Shown here: piece by piece, positions 26,441-40,009 of the stretch
Layout: the number at the start of each line of letters is the position of its first letter
Position numbering within the stretch: position 1 is the stretch's first letter
Assembly (NCBI RefSeq): GCF_006345805.1
Contig: NC_043017.1
Coordinates: forward strand, 11,098,001 to 11,162,000
Length of the DNA: 64,000 bases
Source: Octopus sinensis
Taxonomy: Eukaryota
Direction of reading: 5' to 3'
The notes under the pieces: model-generated
What the model was told of the DNA's origin: nothing
Database searches by the model: none
The model's input: the letters and a program-made list of their open reading frames with translations, nothing else
Translations under genes and position numbers: made by a program

Positions 26441-27460
26441 ATTCCTTCTGTTCTTTTCACCTTGTTTACTCGGGTATAAGCCACCCACTCGCCCTTATTT
26501 AGTACTACATCTTGGTACAGGATATTTTCTCCTCCCTATTGAAACTTGTTTATGAGCCTTGTCCCGTGTAATAAGTCACACTCCAGTTTTTTGTCAGTTG
26601 AAATAGTTTGTTTGTGTAAGTGTACTATAGTACGACTTATACACAAGTAAATATGGTATGTGTGTAAGTGTGTGTGTGCATTCAAATGTTTTTTTTTTTT
26701 TTTTTTGTTTTAGACCCAAATCAATCCAACTTTGACTGGGCTGATCTATGAGGATTAAAGACAATCCAGCCATGACCATACTGTTTTTGGTTTGGTTTTT
26801 GGCTTTTCTTTTCTGTTCTTGAAGCTCCCTTCATAATCATTTGGTTTTGGGTTCGGTCCTACTGTGTGGCACCCTGGCCAAGTGTCTGCTGTGGCTTTAG
26901 GACCCCTAAATTCTTGCGAATTTGGCAGCTGGAAGCTGGAAGAAACTTGTGTGTGTACATGTGTTATTGTGTGTATTGTGTGCTTACCTTGACATCACGT
27001 GATAATTGTAAACAAGCACCACTGTCATACAAGTGGTGTCTTTCATTTCCAATATTCTCCAAAAAAAAAAAAAACACAAAACATTTCTGGTCATGAGGAA
27101 ATATTAGCTTCCTTGGAAACAGGTGAGGGTTGGCGACAGGAAGGGCATCCGGCTGTAGAAAATCTGCCTCAGCCAATTCTGTGTGGCCCATACAAACAAG
27201 GACAAGAGGACATTAAAACGATGATGATGATGATATATCTATATCTATATACGTATGTACATACATGCATATCCAGACCATTGGTTGACAGACTGAAGTG
27301 TGATTTACCTTGCTTGGAAACTGGTGAGGATTTGTGACAGGTTTCTAGGTCAGTTACGACAGTCTTATTTGCTTTCCTCAAGTTATCTTACTGAATGTCT
27401 CCTGACACCAGATTGTGATTTGAATAAGCTTTGACTGTTATATTTAACAGATCATATGAT

Positions 27461-27775
27461 CACACGTAACCTCTCATAAATCATATCCTAGCTTTTAGAC
27501 CTTTATATACACAAGTATATATATATATATATCAGCCTCTGCAGTAAACCTCTGTGGGTGGGCTAATTGCTAGAAATAACAACCAAATCACATCCTGGTA
27601 CTCAATATATATATATCAGCCTGATCACACATAACCTCTCTTAAATCACATTCTACCTTTTAGACCTTTATATACACAAGTATATATATATATATATATA
27701 TCAGCCTCTGCAGTAAACCTCTGTGGGTGAGCTAATTGCTAGAAATAACAACCAAATCACGTCCTGGTACTCAAT
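27461..27775 (+). repeat. Tandem duplication of a ~145-bp unit
   Basis: 27461-27606 and 27626-27775 are highly similar. Confidence 0.9.
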
Positions 27776-28508
27776 CTATTCGTCTCTTTTGCCAGGCTGC
27801 TAATTTAGCAAAAGCGACTAATAGATTGAGTACCAGACTTACAAAAATAAGAACTGGGGTTGATTTGTTCTGTTTAACCCTTTCAAGGTGATGCCCCAGC
27901 ATGGCCATACTCCAATGACTGAAACAAGTAGATGATTAATGATTGAGACGAGTTATCAGTGACAGGTAGTAAATCATAAGATCTTGTTATTCAGTTTATA
28001 TTTAACCCCTTCTAAATCACTGGTTGCTCGTGGGAAAAAAATGCTGTCAAATGGAATTTCTTTACTACTTATCATCTGTGTTTGCTTCACCAAAAACTGG
28101 GTCTGTTTTGTGTTGGTGGTGGTGGTGGTGGTGGTGATGGGTGTGTACTACTTATGCCACATTGTTGATAATAACTGTCTGTTAATTCTCCCCTCCTCCT
28201 TGCTACATTTTTCATTTGTTGGTACAGTACGACTGAGTGGAGGTGCATGGCTTAGCAGTTAAGGCGTTGGACTTTTGATTGTAAGATTGTGGTTTTGATT
28301 CCTCAACGGGGGGCAATGCATTGTGTTCTTAAGCAAAACACTTCATTTCACATTGCTCCAGTCCACTCAGCTGGCTAAAGTGAGTAATCCTGCGATGGGC
28401 CGGTGCCCCATCCAGGTGGAAGTATAAGCGCCATGGAGACTGGGAAACTGGCCTTATGAGTTTGGATAACCTAGGAAGGATCTTTTTTATTTACATTATG
28501 GCAGTTAA

Positions 28509-28888
28509 CTCTTTTACTCTTTTACTTGTTTCAGTCATTTGACTGCGGCCATGCTGGAGCACCGCCTTTAGTCAAGCTAATCGACCCCGGGACTTATTCT
28601 TTGTAAGCCCAGTACTTATTTTATCGGTCTCTTTTGCCGAACCGCTAAGTGATGGGGACGTAAACACACCAGCATCGGTTGTCAAGCAATGCTAGAGGGA
28701 CAAACACACACATATATATATACATATATACGACAGGCTTCTTTCAGTTTCCGTCTACCAAATCCACTCACAAGGCATTGGTTGGCCCGGGGCTATAGCA
28801 GAAGACACTTGCCCAAGATGCCACGCAGTGGGAATGAACCTGGAACCATGTGGTTGATTAGCAAGCTACTTACCACACAGCCACGCCT
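28509..28888 (-). mobile_element. SINE family A copy
   Basis: Near-complete reverse-complement copy. Confidence 0.9.
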
Positions 28889-29849
28889 GTTAAGGAGATT
28901 TCTTTGCAACTATGATGTCCCGTGTTCAAGCCCATCTATTGTCATCTTGGACAAATGTCATTTTCTCTAACCTTGGATCAACCCATATATTGTAAGTGGA
29001 ATTGATTAGACAGAAACTGTAGATTGGGTAGATTGTACCCTTAATTCAGAAGATATACCCCTGCCACACACTATGTTGTAGCACCGGTTCTGTTTGTGAA
29101 TTATGTTGTGGGACTGTCTGTCAATATGTTTTCCTTTGTATGTGCAGTATGGCCGAATTGTTTGAGAGTTTTCTTTGCAACCTCCAGGTCCTGGCTTTGA
29201 TCCCATCGCGTGACACCTTGGGCAAATGTCATTTTATATTGCCTTGGATCAACTTGTACATTGCAAGTGAAATTGAGTAGATGGAAAATGTAAGGAAGCC
29301 CATCAGTTTGTTTGTACCTGTAATTTAAAAAGCTGTAGCCTTGTTATACAGCGTCACACTAATTCTACCTGAGAATTACATTGAGGGACCATCTGTTAAT
29401 TCCTCTCAGCAGTTTCCTTTGCAGGTGCAGTTTGGTTGAAATGTTAAAAAGTTTGCTTTGCAGCCGGGTTCCATCCCACCTTTTGTCATCTTGGACAGGT
29501 GTCATTTTCTATGGCCTTGGATCAACTCATACATTTCAAGTGAAATGGGTAAATGGAAACTTTACAGAAGCCCATCTGGTGCCTTGTGATCTGGTTTTGA
29601 CTCCCAGCTGGAGCTAATTTCAATTCATTTAGATTACATGGTATGTTCTAGAAAAGGTATGAACATCTCAACATTGATTTTTCTCCGCTTCCTGCTCCTC
29701 ATAGAAATCTGAAGCTTCTTGCGTGTCTACTTGGATAATTCTTAAAACTCGATCTGGCAGTAGTCATAGCAACTGAAGCCCAGTGTCTGTTTATGTTTCT
29801 TCAAAGAGGTGGTGGGCGAGGAATAGAGTAGTAAGGAGAAACTTTGTTG

Positions 29850-30310
29850 TGTGTGTATGTGTGTTTATATGTATGTAGGTGTGTATATGTTTATGTGTGT
29901 GACTACACAAATACATGTGTATGTCTGTGTATGTTCTTATACGTGTGTACTTGTTTATATATGCACATCTATGTGTTTATGTGTGTATATATGTTGATGT
30001 ATGTGTATTTGCCTGTTTATATGTGTTATATGTGTTTATATGTGTTATATGTGTATATATGTTGATGTATGTGTATTTGCCTGTTTATATGTGTTATATG
30101 TGTTTATATGTGTTATATGTGTATATATGTTGATGTATGTGTATTTGCCTGTTTATATGTGTTATATGTGTTATATGTGTTATATGTGTATATATGTTGA
30201 TGTATGTGTATTTGCCTGTTTATATGTGTTTGCGTGTGTTTATAAATGTATATACTTTCTGTATATATATATATAAATGTGTTTATATGTGTGTACATAC
30301 ACACACACAC
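29850..30310. repeat. TG/TA-rich minisatellite, ~68-bp unit x4
   Basis: atatatgttgatgtatgtgtatttgcctgtttatatgtg recurs at ~29986, 30055, 30122 and 30190. Confidence 0.9.
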
Positions 30311-30635
30311 ACACGTGTGTGTAAGGCAGTGTTGAGCTGAGCCATGCCAATAAAAGTGTTATTGTAAAGAGAGATTGAAATAGTCATCTGTGTATGGCGA
30401 GGAATAGATAAGCTTGGAGTAAAGACAAGAGAAAACAAAACAACTTATCAAAAGAAACAAGAGAGGTTAGACTCCTGTACAGAGAAGACTAAGATTAAGT
30501 TTATAGATTAGACTTCTCTGATAAATGTTAATAAATCCAGGCTAACACTGTTCTACTATTGACGGGTGATTACACAGCAAATAGTTGAGCCAGTAAATGA
30601 CCCTCCATGTGGTCATCTGATTTAATTAGATTCAT

Positions 30636-31020
30636 ATTTCTTTATTGCCCACAAGGGGACAAACAAGGACAGACATAGGTGTTAAGTCGATTACATCGAC
30701 CCCAGTGCGTAAATGGTACTTAATTTATTGACCCCGAAAGGATGAAAGGCAAAGTCAACATCGGCGGAATTTGAACTCACAATGTAACAGCAGACGTAAT
30801 ACAAGGGGCTAAACATAGAGGGGACAAACAAGGACAGACAAAGATATTAAGTCGATTACATCGACCCCAGTGTGTAACTGGTACTTAATTTATTGACCCC
30901 AAAAGGATGAAAGGCAAAGTCGACCTTGGCGGGATTTGAACTCAGAACATAACAGCAGACGAAATACAGTTAAGCATTTCGCCTGGCATGCTAACGATTC
31001 TGCCAGCTCACCGCCTTCGA
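30636..31020 (-). mobile_element. Two abutting SINE family B copies
   Basis: ggatgaaaggcaaagtc...ggaatttgaactc occurs twice. Confidence 0.85.
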
Positions 31021-31488
31021 TTTAATTAGATTCAGCAATCAAATCTCTCTTTAAATCACCCCCCTGCCCTGCTGTCTCTCATTTTAATCCTTTTGATATC
31101 AACTCAACCGAGACTGCTCCTGGTTCTGTGATACAGGCTTCCGGTTTTGGAATGATCTCAATTGAAGCATCATCATCAACATCATCATCTTTTAAGGTCC
31201 ATTCTCCATGCTGGCATGGATTGGACAGATTGACAAGGAGCTGTCCAGACCCCAATTGTCTGTTGTGGTATGGTTTCTATGGCTGGATGCCCTTCCTAAT
31301 GCTAACCACTCGACAAAGTGTGCTGGGTGCTTTTTATGTGCCACGGCATAGCTGTATTAACACAGCACTGGTACAGGTGCATTTTAAGTACCAGCTTAAT
31401 AATGACAAAGATATTTCACTAAATACTTCATTATTTTCAAAATCAAAGGCATTGTATTTCGTTAGATCTATGGTAAAGAAAGGTTTAA

Positions 31489-31708
31489 CCCTTTCGTTAC
31501 CAACCCGGCTGAAACCGGCTCTGGCTCTGTAGTACAAATGTCTTGTTTTCATAAGTTTTAAATTAAAATCTTACCAAACCTTAGTCACAGTTTATGTTCC
31601 TAACACTAGCTTAATGATAACTAAATTATTTTACTAAATCCTTTGTTATATTTATAATTAATTCAAAGAAACACATAGCATCTCAAAATAAATAAGGTAA
31701 CGAAAGGG
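31489..31708 (+). mobile_element. piggyBac-type MITE (220 bp)
   Basis: TTAA|ccctttcgttacc ... ggtaacgaaaggg|TTAA: perfect 13-bp TIR, CCC/GGG ends and TTAA on both sides. Confidence 0.85.
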
Positions 31709-32075
31709 TTAAAGTGATCTACATTAAAACGTTCCAGCCAACTTGAGATTACCCCTGGTTCTATTATACAAACTTCCTCTTTTAAAGTGATCTTAATTAA
31801 ACCTTTCGTTTAAATTTCATGTTGATTTATCTTCTAAATACCAGTTTACAAATGACTAAGATATTTTACTGAATTTTTTCATTATTTTCAAAATTAATTG
31901 AAACAGAGGCAGTGTGTTTCATGAAGAAATATGACTAAACAGTTAAAGTGATCTAAATTAAAATTTTCCATTAAAATTTCATATTAATTTGTATTCCAAA
32001 CACCAGCTTAATAATGATTGAGATTTTACTAATTTCTTCATTCTTTTCAAACTTAATTAAAAAAACTAAGCAGTG

Positions 32076-32472
32076 GCACCGGAGTGGCTGTGTGGTAAGT
32101 AGCTTGCTAACCAACCACATGGTTCCGGGTTCAGTCCCACTGCGTGGCATCTTGGGCAAGTGTCTTCTGCTATAGCCCCGGGCCGACCAATGCCTTGTGA
32201 GTGGATTTGGTAGACGGAAACTGAAAGAAGCCTGTCGTATATATGTATATATATATATATGTGTATGTGTGTGTATGTGTTTGTGTGTCTGTGTTTGTCC
32301 CCCTGCTGGTGTGTTTACGTCCCCATCACTTAGCGGTTCGGCAAAAGAGACTGATAGAATAAGTACTGGGCTTACAAAAGAATAAGTCCCGGGGGTCGAT
32401 TTGATCGACTAAAGGCAGTGCTCCAGCATGGCCGCAGTCAAATGACTGAAACAAGTAAAAGAGTAAAAGAGA
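32076..32472 (+). mobile_element. SINE family A copy
   Basis: Near-full-length copy. Confidence 0.9.
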
Positions 32473-32989
32473 GAGTGGGTCAATGTAATCAACTAACTAC
32501 CACCCATCAGAAATGCCAGCCTTGTACCAAAATTGCAAAAAATTATTCATGCTGTTAAATTAACAATGCTGCAGACTTGGTTCTTTTTCCAAGAGTCTGT
32601 CATCGTTAAGCTCTTTCCTGTCTTCTAGTTCTACTTTTCAGCTTATCCTGAATGTGACCTTTGAGGTGGTATGGAAAGGATTAAGACAATAAGATCTGAC
32701 TACTATTTAGAATAAACTTTCAACTATTGGATTATGGATGAATTCAACTCTGGTTTAGAAAGTAAAGCTAACATATATATTGGATGATTTCATTGAAACA
32801 ATGGTCACAGCCTGTCTTTGAGTGACAGCTTTCCATTGCCAGATACGTTTGTGTGAGTCTGTATTTATGTGTGTGTGTGTGTTGATATATTGTGTGAGCT
32901 CACTGGATTCCTGTCAAACCATCCAATCAATATACCACCATGGAATATAGATGTTAAATGATGATGATGCTGACTATATACAGATATAT

Positions 32990-33121
32990 AGTGGCTGTGT
33001 GGTAAGTAGCTTGCTAACCAACCACATGGTTCCAGGTTCAGTCCCACTGAACTATAGCCTCGGGCCGACCAAAGCCTTGTGAGTGGATTTGGTAGACGGA
33101 AACTGAAAGAAGCCCGTTGTA

Positions 33122-33198
<77 letters not shown>

Positions 33199-33403
33199 TG
33201 TGTATCTGTGTTTGTCCCCCCCCCCAACATCGCTTGACAACCGATGCTGGTGTGTTTATGTCCCTGTCACTTAGCAGTTCGGCAAAAGATACCAATAGAA
33301 TAAGTACCAGGCTTCCAAAGAATGAGTCCTGGGGTCGATTTAGTCGACTAAAGGCGGTGCTCCAGCATGGCCGCAGTCAAATGACTGAAACAAGTAAAAG
33401 AGT
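32990..33403 (+). mobile_element. SINE family A copy with small internal deletion
   Basis: gtcccactg joins directly to aactatagcc. Confidence 0.85.
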
Positions 33404-33656
33404 ATATATATTACAAAATCGATAGGTATCATTGAACATATTGCTGTGACGTTCCCTTTCATCATAATGACATTAATGGACCCAAAGCTTCCGTTGATGA
33501 TTGATTAAAATAGCAATATATAATAATCAATGGTTTCAAATTTTGTTACTGAGCCAGCAATTTATGAAGTGGAGGGAGTCTATTACACTGACCCCAGTAC
33601 TTGACTGCTACTTATTTCATCAATCCTGAAAGGATGAAAAGCAAAGTTGACCTTCG

Positions 33657-33958
33657 TGGAGGCATATGGCCTAGTGGTTAGAGCACCAGACTCGCAGTCA
33701 AGGGATCGCGAGTTCGAATCTCAGACCGGGCGATGTGTGTGTTTATGAGCGAAACACCTAAGCTCCACACAGCTCCGGCAGAAGGTAATGGCAAACTTCT
33801 GCTGAGTCTTTCACCACAACTTTCTCTCACTCTTTCCTCCTGCATCTTGCAGCTCACCTGCGAAGGACCGGCGTCCCGTCCAGGTGGGGGAACCTATACG
33901 CTAAGGAAACCGGGAAACCAGCCCTTATGAGCCAGGCATGGCTCGAGAAGGAAAAAAA
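33657..33958 (+). mobile_element. tRNA-derived SINE (family E-related) nested in a family B copy
   Basis: A-box tggcctagtggttagagc and B-box gagttcgaatc; flanked by ttgacctt direct repeats at 33647-33654 and 33959-33966. Confidence 0.85.
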
Positions 33959-34103
33959 TTGACCTTGGCGGAATTTGAACTCAGAACTCAGATGGAAGAA
34001 ATAGAATGAAGCATTTTGTCCAGTGGGCTAAAGATCATATAAAAATAAGAGAGAGGAACTGGTCTTTTGTGATGTTCATACTAAAATTATTATTATCATT
34101 AAG

Positions 34104-34320
34104 ACGGCAAGGTGGCAGAATTGTTAGCATGCCAGGCAAAATGCTTAGCAGCATTTCGTCTGCTGCTACGTTCTGAGTTCAATTCTGCCAAGGTCCACTT
34201 TACTTTTCATCCTTTCTGGGTCAATAAATTAAATACCAGTGAAACAGTGGGGTCAATGTAATCAACTTGTCTCCTCCCACCAAAATTTCAAGGCCTTGTG
34301 CCTTCAGTAGAAAGAATTAT
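34104..34320 (+). mobile_element. SINE family B copy
   Basis: ggcaaggtggcagaattgttagcatgccaggc...gcctttgtg-type tail ending in (TTA)n. Confidence 0.8.
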
Positions 34321-35711
34321 TATTATTATTATTATTATTATTATTTTTCCATATTTCAATGCTAATATAGACATAGCCAATTATAGAAACTTTACACATT
34401 GCCAAATTTCCCTGAAATTGCATCATACTGTTGTAAATAAAGAAAAAACATTGGATGATGTAGTCTAAAACATGATATTTAATCCTTTTACTCCTTGTAG
34501 AGAATAGGCCCTTTCCTTCTTTCCTGAGCGTCCAATAATACTATATTTGTTCCACGTCCTCGTGTTGTGTTTTTTTGTGCTTTCTTGTTTAGATTAACTA
34601 TATGTGTATGTATGTATATATATATATATATATGTGTGTGTATGTATGTGTATATATGTATATATATATATGTGATGGGTTTCTGTCTATCAAATGCCCT
34701 GAAGCTTTGGTCTGCCTGGGGCTATATTAGAAGACACTTGTCCGAGGTGTCACACAGTGGGATTGAACTTGAAACCATGTGATTTGCAAGCAAACTTCTG
34801 ACTACACAACCACACCTATGTCTTGCACACACATACACACACGACAGGCTTCTTTGGGATTCTGTTTACCAATTCACTTACAAGGCATTGGTTGGCCTGG
34901 GGCTATAATAGACGACACTTGGCCAAGATGCCATGCTGTGGGATTGAACCTTAGACTACTTGGTTGCGAAATGAGCTTCTTAACCACACAACCATGCCTG
35001 TAGCTAGCCACGGCTGTGTCTGTTTATTTTATTCATCTTTCTGTTTATTTGCTTTTTGACTGAAGATAAAGTTTGTGAATTTCATAATTTATTTTTGAAA
35101 CCTTACACCATGATTATCAACGGCGCTTTCAAAAGAACTTTTCTGTTGTTGAATTTTAACGTTCTTCATTTGGATTATTATCAGATTTATTTCTGCCAGG
35201 AATTTTGGCATCAGTTAAGCATTCAAATTAATTTCATCCTGTCTTTAAGGATGGCAAGGGTAGGGAAGAACTGGTGCAAAATTGATAAAGCATCTGATAG
35301 AATACTTTGCTGTGTTTGTTTTGATTCCGTGCATCCATTGGCATTCACCTTTCATCATCATCATTTGATGTCCACTTTTCTGGATCCACTTGCATGGATC
35401 AGATCCAGATTTTCTATGGTTGGATGCCCTTTCTGTTGCCAACCCCATCTGTTTTTAAGCAAAGCAATATTTACCCATGGTGAAACATGTTTTTTGAGTA
35501 GGCTGGAAATAATGGACACTGTTTGTGTGACAGTGGTGCTCGTTTACAGCCATCACACAATGTCCAGACAAGAAAACACAAACACACACAGGCATTCTAT
35601 CTACCAAATTCCCTTACAAGTTATTGGTTGCTCTGAACCTATAGTAAAAGACACCTGATCGAGGTGCTACACAGTGGGACTGAACCCAGAACCATGTGGT
35701 TGGGAAGTAAA

Positions 35712-36107
35712 CTGACCTGACCCAGCACTTACAACATTATGACTTGGTGTTGAGGAAGTTACTCAACAACTCAAATGTGGACGAAATATACCTTTATTTT
35801 GCAAAAGTTTTTGACAAGGTAGATCATGGTATGATATGCCACAAACTGTGTGATCTCGGCATAGCTGGAAAACTTGGAGAGTGGTTACATGACTTTCTGA
35901 AAGATAGAAGTTAGGCTGTAGTCACTAATGGAGCCACCTCTATGAAAACACAAATAGTGAGCGGTGTTCCACAAGGCACTGTCTTGGGACCATTGCTTTT
36001 TATAGTGGACCTCTCAGATATGCCCTCAAGAACCCGGATAGCCACCCTTGCAAGCTACGCAGACGTTACGAAAGTCTCGCAGAAAATACAGAACCCCAGC
36101 TCAGTAG
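35712..36107 (+). mobile_element. CR1-type LINE reverse transcriptase fragment (pseudogenised)
   Basis: IYLYFAKVFDKVDHG...GKLGEWLHDFLKDRS*...SGVPQGTVLGPLLFI...YADVTK contains RT motifs (D..KAFD, GVPQG..LGP.LF, ADD) with an in-frame stop. Confidence 0.9.
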
Positions 36108-36420
36108 TTAGGGCGTTGAGCTTACGATCGTGATGTTGTGAGTTCGAATCCTGGACTGGGCTGCATGTTGTGTTCTTGAGCAAGACACTTTATTTCATGT
36201 TGCTCCAGTTCACTCAGCTGTAGAAATAAGTTGTGACGTCACAGGTGTCAAGCTGTATCAGCCTTTGCCTTTCCCTTGGATAACATCAGTGGCGTGGAGA
36301 GGGGAGGCCGGTCTGCATCGGCGACTACTGGTTTTCCATAAACAACCTTGCCCTGACTTGTGCTTGGGAGGGTAACTTTCTAGGTGCAATCCCATGGTCA
36401 GTCATGACCGAAGGGGGTCT
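36100..36420 (+). mobile_element. tRNA-derived SINE with CORE-like domain (family D)
   Basis: gctcagtagttagggcg...gagttcgaatcc...gagcaagacactttatttcatgttgctccagttcactcagctgtag. Confidence 0.8.
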
Positions 36421-37551
36421 CATATGTATACAAACAATATGGACATCATTCATGATGTGACAATAATGCCAACATTCGGTAATAACAGTGTAGCAAGATG
36501 GCGGTGCATCAGCATGGCCACAGCTATGAGCTGAAAGTATAGCAAAATATATATATATGGAGCCTGGTGCAGCCTTCTGGCTTCCCAGAACCCCGGTCGA
36601 ACTGTCCAACCCATGCTAGCATGGAGAACGGACGTTAAACGACGATGACGACGATGATGATATATATAATATATCTTTGTTGAAAACGGCCGTTAAACGA
36701 TGATGATGATTATATATATATATATATATAATGTGTGTGTGTGTGTACATATATGGCTGTGACAACTGCTGTTGCTGTGTCACTGTATATAGTTCACTAG
36801 AGATTAAAGTTGGCTTATTTAACATTGAGTGGTTTGGTTTTCCCCCACTGTCTCCAAGTTGAGAGTTGTTTGGAGTTGGTAACTAACACTGGGACATGTT
36901 TGGAAATGTTGTTTTTAGTACTGTTACAATTGTTTTTTTATTATTATTATCAGTCTTGGTGTGTATGTGTGTATACACAAGCACATGTATGTATATATAT
37001 ATATACACACATACATTCACATGCAAATATATGCACTTACATAGACACATGCATGTAGACACACACAGACAATTATTGACATAAAGTGTAAAGTTTCAAA
37101 AAGAAAGTTTTATTGGTCTCTGTATTACATGATTACCTCTGATAAAAGTTCACATGCCACCATTGGCCTTAATCTCACGTCCTTGGCAATTCATGATGAT
37201 GATGTTGACGATGATTATCTACATCATTGGGTTAAATGAACATTGTTGTAATTACCGTAATAAAGAGCAATAAACTGTCAGCATTAGCAGAGCAACTGAT
37301 AAAGTGCCTTGTGGTAGTTAGTCACATCTGTTTACATTCTGAGTTTGAATCCCACCAGGATCAGTTGTAATTTCCGGGCCAATAGTCAAAATGCTTTGCA
37401 TTTATTAGTCATGTGTTTTTACATTCTGAGTTCAGAACCTGCCAAATCATATTATCCCTTATTTGTTTTGGGGTCAATAGACAAAGAGCTTTGCTGGAAT
37501 TAGTTATAACTCTCTACACTCTGAATTCAAATCCTACCAAGAATTTCTTAA

Positions 37552-37764
37552 CCCTTTTGTTAGCATATTTATTTTGAGATGCTCTGTGTTTCTTTCAATT
37601 AATTTTAAATATAACAAAGAATTTGATAAAATAACTTAGTTACCATTAAGCTGGTGTTGGGAACATAAATTGTGACTAAGGTTTAGTGTAAGATTTTAAT
37701 TTGAAACTTATGAAAACAAGATATTTGTACTACAGAGCCAGAGGCTGGGTTGGTATCGAAAGAG
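37552..37764 (-). mobile_element. piggyBac-type MITE, inverted copy of 31489-31708
   Basis: TTAA|cccttttgttag ... tatcgaaagag|TTAA; interior is the reverse complement of the 31.5-kb copy. Confidence 0.8.
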
Positions 37765-37797
37765 TTAATCTTCTATTTTTTTGGAGTTGTCAATATA

Positions 37798-38045
37798 GTG
37801 TCGGTGGCACATAAAAAACACCATCCGAGCGTGGCCGTCTGCCAGCCTCGTCTGGCACCTGTGTCGGTGGCACATAAAATCACCCACTACACTCTCGGAG
37901 TGGTTGGCGTTAGGAAGGGCATCCAGCTGTAGAAACACTGCCAGATCTGACTGGCCTGGTGCAGCCTTCGGGCTCGCCAGACCCCATTTGAACCGTCCAA
38001 CCCATGCTAGCATGGAAAGCGGACGTTAAACGATGATGATGATGA
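37798..38045 (+). mobile_element. Repeat family C copy
   Basis: ggaagggcatccagctgtag...ggacgttaaacgatgatgat. Confidence 0.85.
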
Positions 38046-39535
38046 TTCCAAAACAGTGAATTGGCAGAATGGTTAGCATGCCGAGGAAAATCCTTAGTGG
38101 CATTTCCTCTGCCTATACATTCTGTATTCAAATTCTGCCGAGGTCAACTTTGCCTTTCACCTTTCGAGGTTGATAAAATAAGAACCAGTTGAGTATTGGG
38201 ATCAATGTAATCGACTTAGCCCCCACTCCCCTGGACTACCTGGCTTTGTGCAAAATTTTGAAACTGATTTTACTAAACCATTCATTCCTCCAAAATTTAT
38301 GACCTTGTACATCATCATCATCATCATTGTTATTTAGTGTCCACTTTCCCATGCTCGCATGGGTCAGATGGAATTTGCTAAGGCCAGATTTTCTATGGCC
38401 AGATTCCTTTCTCGTTACCTGTTTCTAAGCAGTGTAATATTTCCCCCTGGCGCCAGACATGTTTCTCACAGAACACCGGAAATGAACGACATTGCTTCTA
38501 TGATGCTGGTGTTTATTTACAACCATCATGTGATGTCAGGACGAGAGTATACACATTCATGTACACACACATACGTACACACATATACTTACTTACAAGG
38601 ACAGACAGATAGATGGGCTTCTTTCAGTTTCTGTCTACCAAATCCGCTCACAAGGCTTTGATCGGCCTGTGGCTTATAGTAGAAGACACTTGCCCAAGGT
38701 GCTGTGCAGTGGGACTGAACCCCCAAACTATATGGTTGGGAAGCAGGCTTCTTAACCACACAGCCATGTCTGTGCATACTCTACCTATTTTAGAAATGAA
38801 ATCCTTATGATGATGATGATGATGATAGTGACTATTATCACTACCACCACCACCACTATTGGTTTTATGTCAATCTTTTCCTATACAAATGTGTTGGACA
38901 GATCTGAAATGCATATTTTTCTCCCCCTTGTACTACATTTTATGAATTCATATTCATGATTTTCACAACCAGACTTTAAAATAAAGACTGGGATCAATTT
39001 CTTTGACTAAATCCTTCAAGGTGGTGCCCCAGTATGGCCACAGTCCAATGACTGAAGTGACTAAAAGAAGATGCTCATAATCATTTTAGGTTATGTTGTT
39101 GTTTAACCCTAAGTCAACCTCAGTCGAGCAGACACATCCATGATCAAAGGTGTTAAGCCTATGGCCTTCCTAGCTTTTGATTTTAATGGGATTAGTGTAC
39201 CCTAGACATTAATGTACCCCCAAAGCATTCTTCCTTAATGTTATGGCTTGAAAGAAAACCTGCTACTATTTTTAGCAGGTCAAGAACACATAAAAGCTTC
39301 CTTGTTGGCTCTAGGCTAAATGTGAGTTAAAGTTTGTCAGGTCTGTTTGTGAAGTTTGTGTTTAATTTGAATATATTTTATATAGGTGGGTGTATAGTAA
39401 AATATGGGCACAGCAATTTAAAGGATTAGTTGAAGTGTTAGTGTCTAATCTCCAGATTAACTTTGATTCGCCTACCAAGCAAAGACATTCCAACGGTGTC
39501 CTTTCCATCTATTATTTCAAACACTGTCTACCTAG

Positions 39536-39663
39536 GACTATATCATCTTCTATGAATGTTCTTCCATTCCTAAGAAGGTAAAAATGTGATTTGGGGAATA
39601 TTTGGATATTTGTGAAATATTTTTTTTCTTCTTTTAAACTGCAGGTCATTATGACATATTTTG
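39536..39663 (+). CDS. Candidate short exons 39536-39577 and 39645-39663
   Basis: 67-nt intron GTAAAA...T-rich...CTGCAG; spliced frame DYIIFYECSSIPKK-VIMTYF. No homology recognised. Confidence 0.25.
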
Positions 39664-39789
39664 GTATTTTTTTTTTAACTGTGTCTAAGTTTCATTTTTG
39701 ACAAGTGACCTTAATGTGAATTTGTGTGTTGAAACCACTCAAGATAGCCATTTAAATGCAAACATATGTCATCACCACCATCAGGTTAA

Positions 39790-40009
39790 CCCTTTAGCAT
39801 TTAATTTACTCTGTCAAATTTAATACTTATTTATTTAAATTATTTTGAATTAATCTCGCATTATCTCGTAGCTTTTAGATTTTGATGATGTGATTGTTTA
39901 TTTTTAGAATGACATTGTAGGGTAGGTGTAAGAAGCCAGATCTTGACGGTTTGAAAATAAAGCAAATAGAATATTTGGGCCACGTATGGCTGGTTTAAAT
40001 GCTGAAGGA
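39790..40009 (+). mobile_element. Second piggyBac-like MITE family, degenerate
   Basis: TTAA|ccctttagcattta ... taaatgctgaagga|ttga; a reverse-complement fragment lies at ~51765-51915. Confidence 0.55.

Noticed and set aside
33657-33735. tRNA genes (also at 49684 and 60805)
   Set aside because: The tRNA-like heads run into SINE bodies and lack a clean acceptor stem and terminator.
35056-35658. 200-aa ORF
   Set aside because: It starts at TTG, runs through repeat-derived sequence and has no recognisable domain. A possible exon ending ATGGCAAGG|GTAGGG is unsupported.
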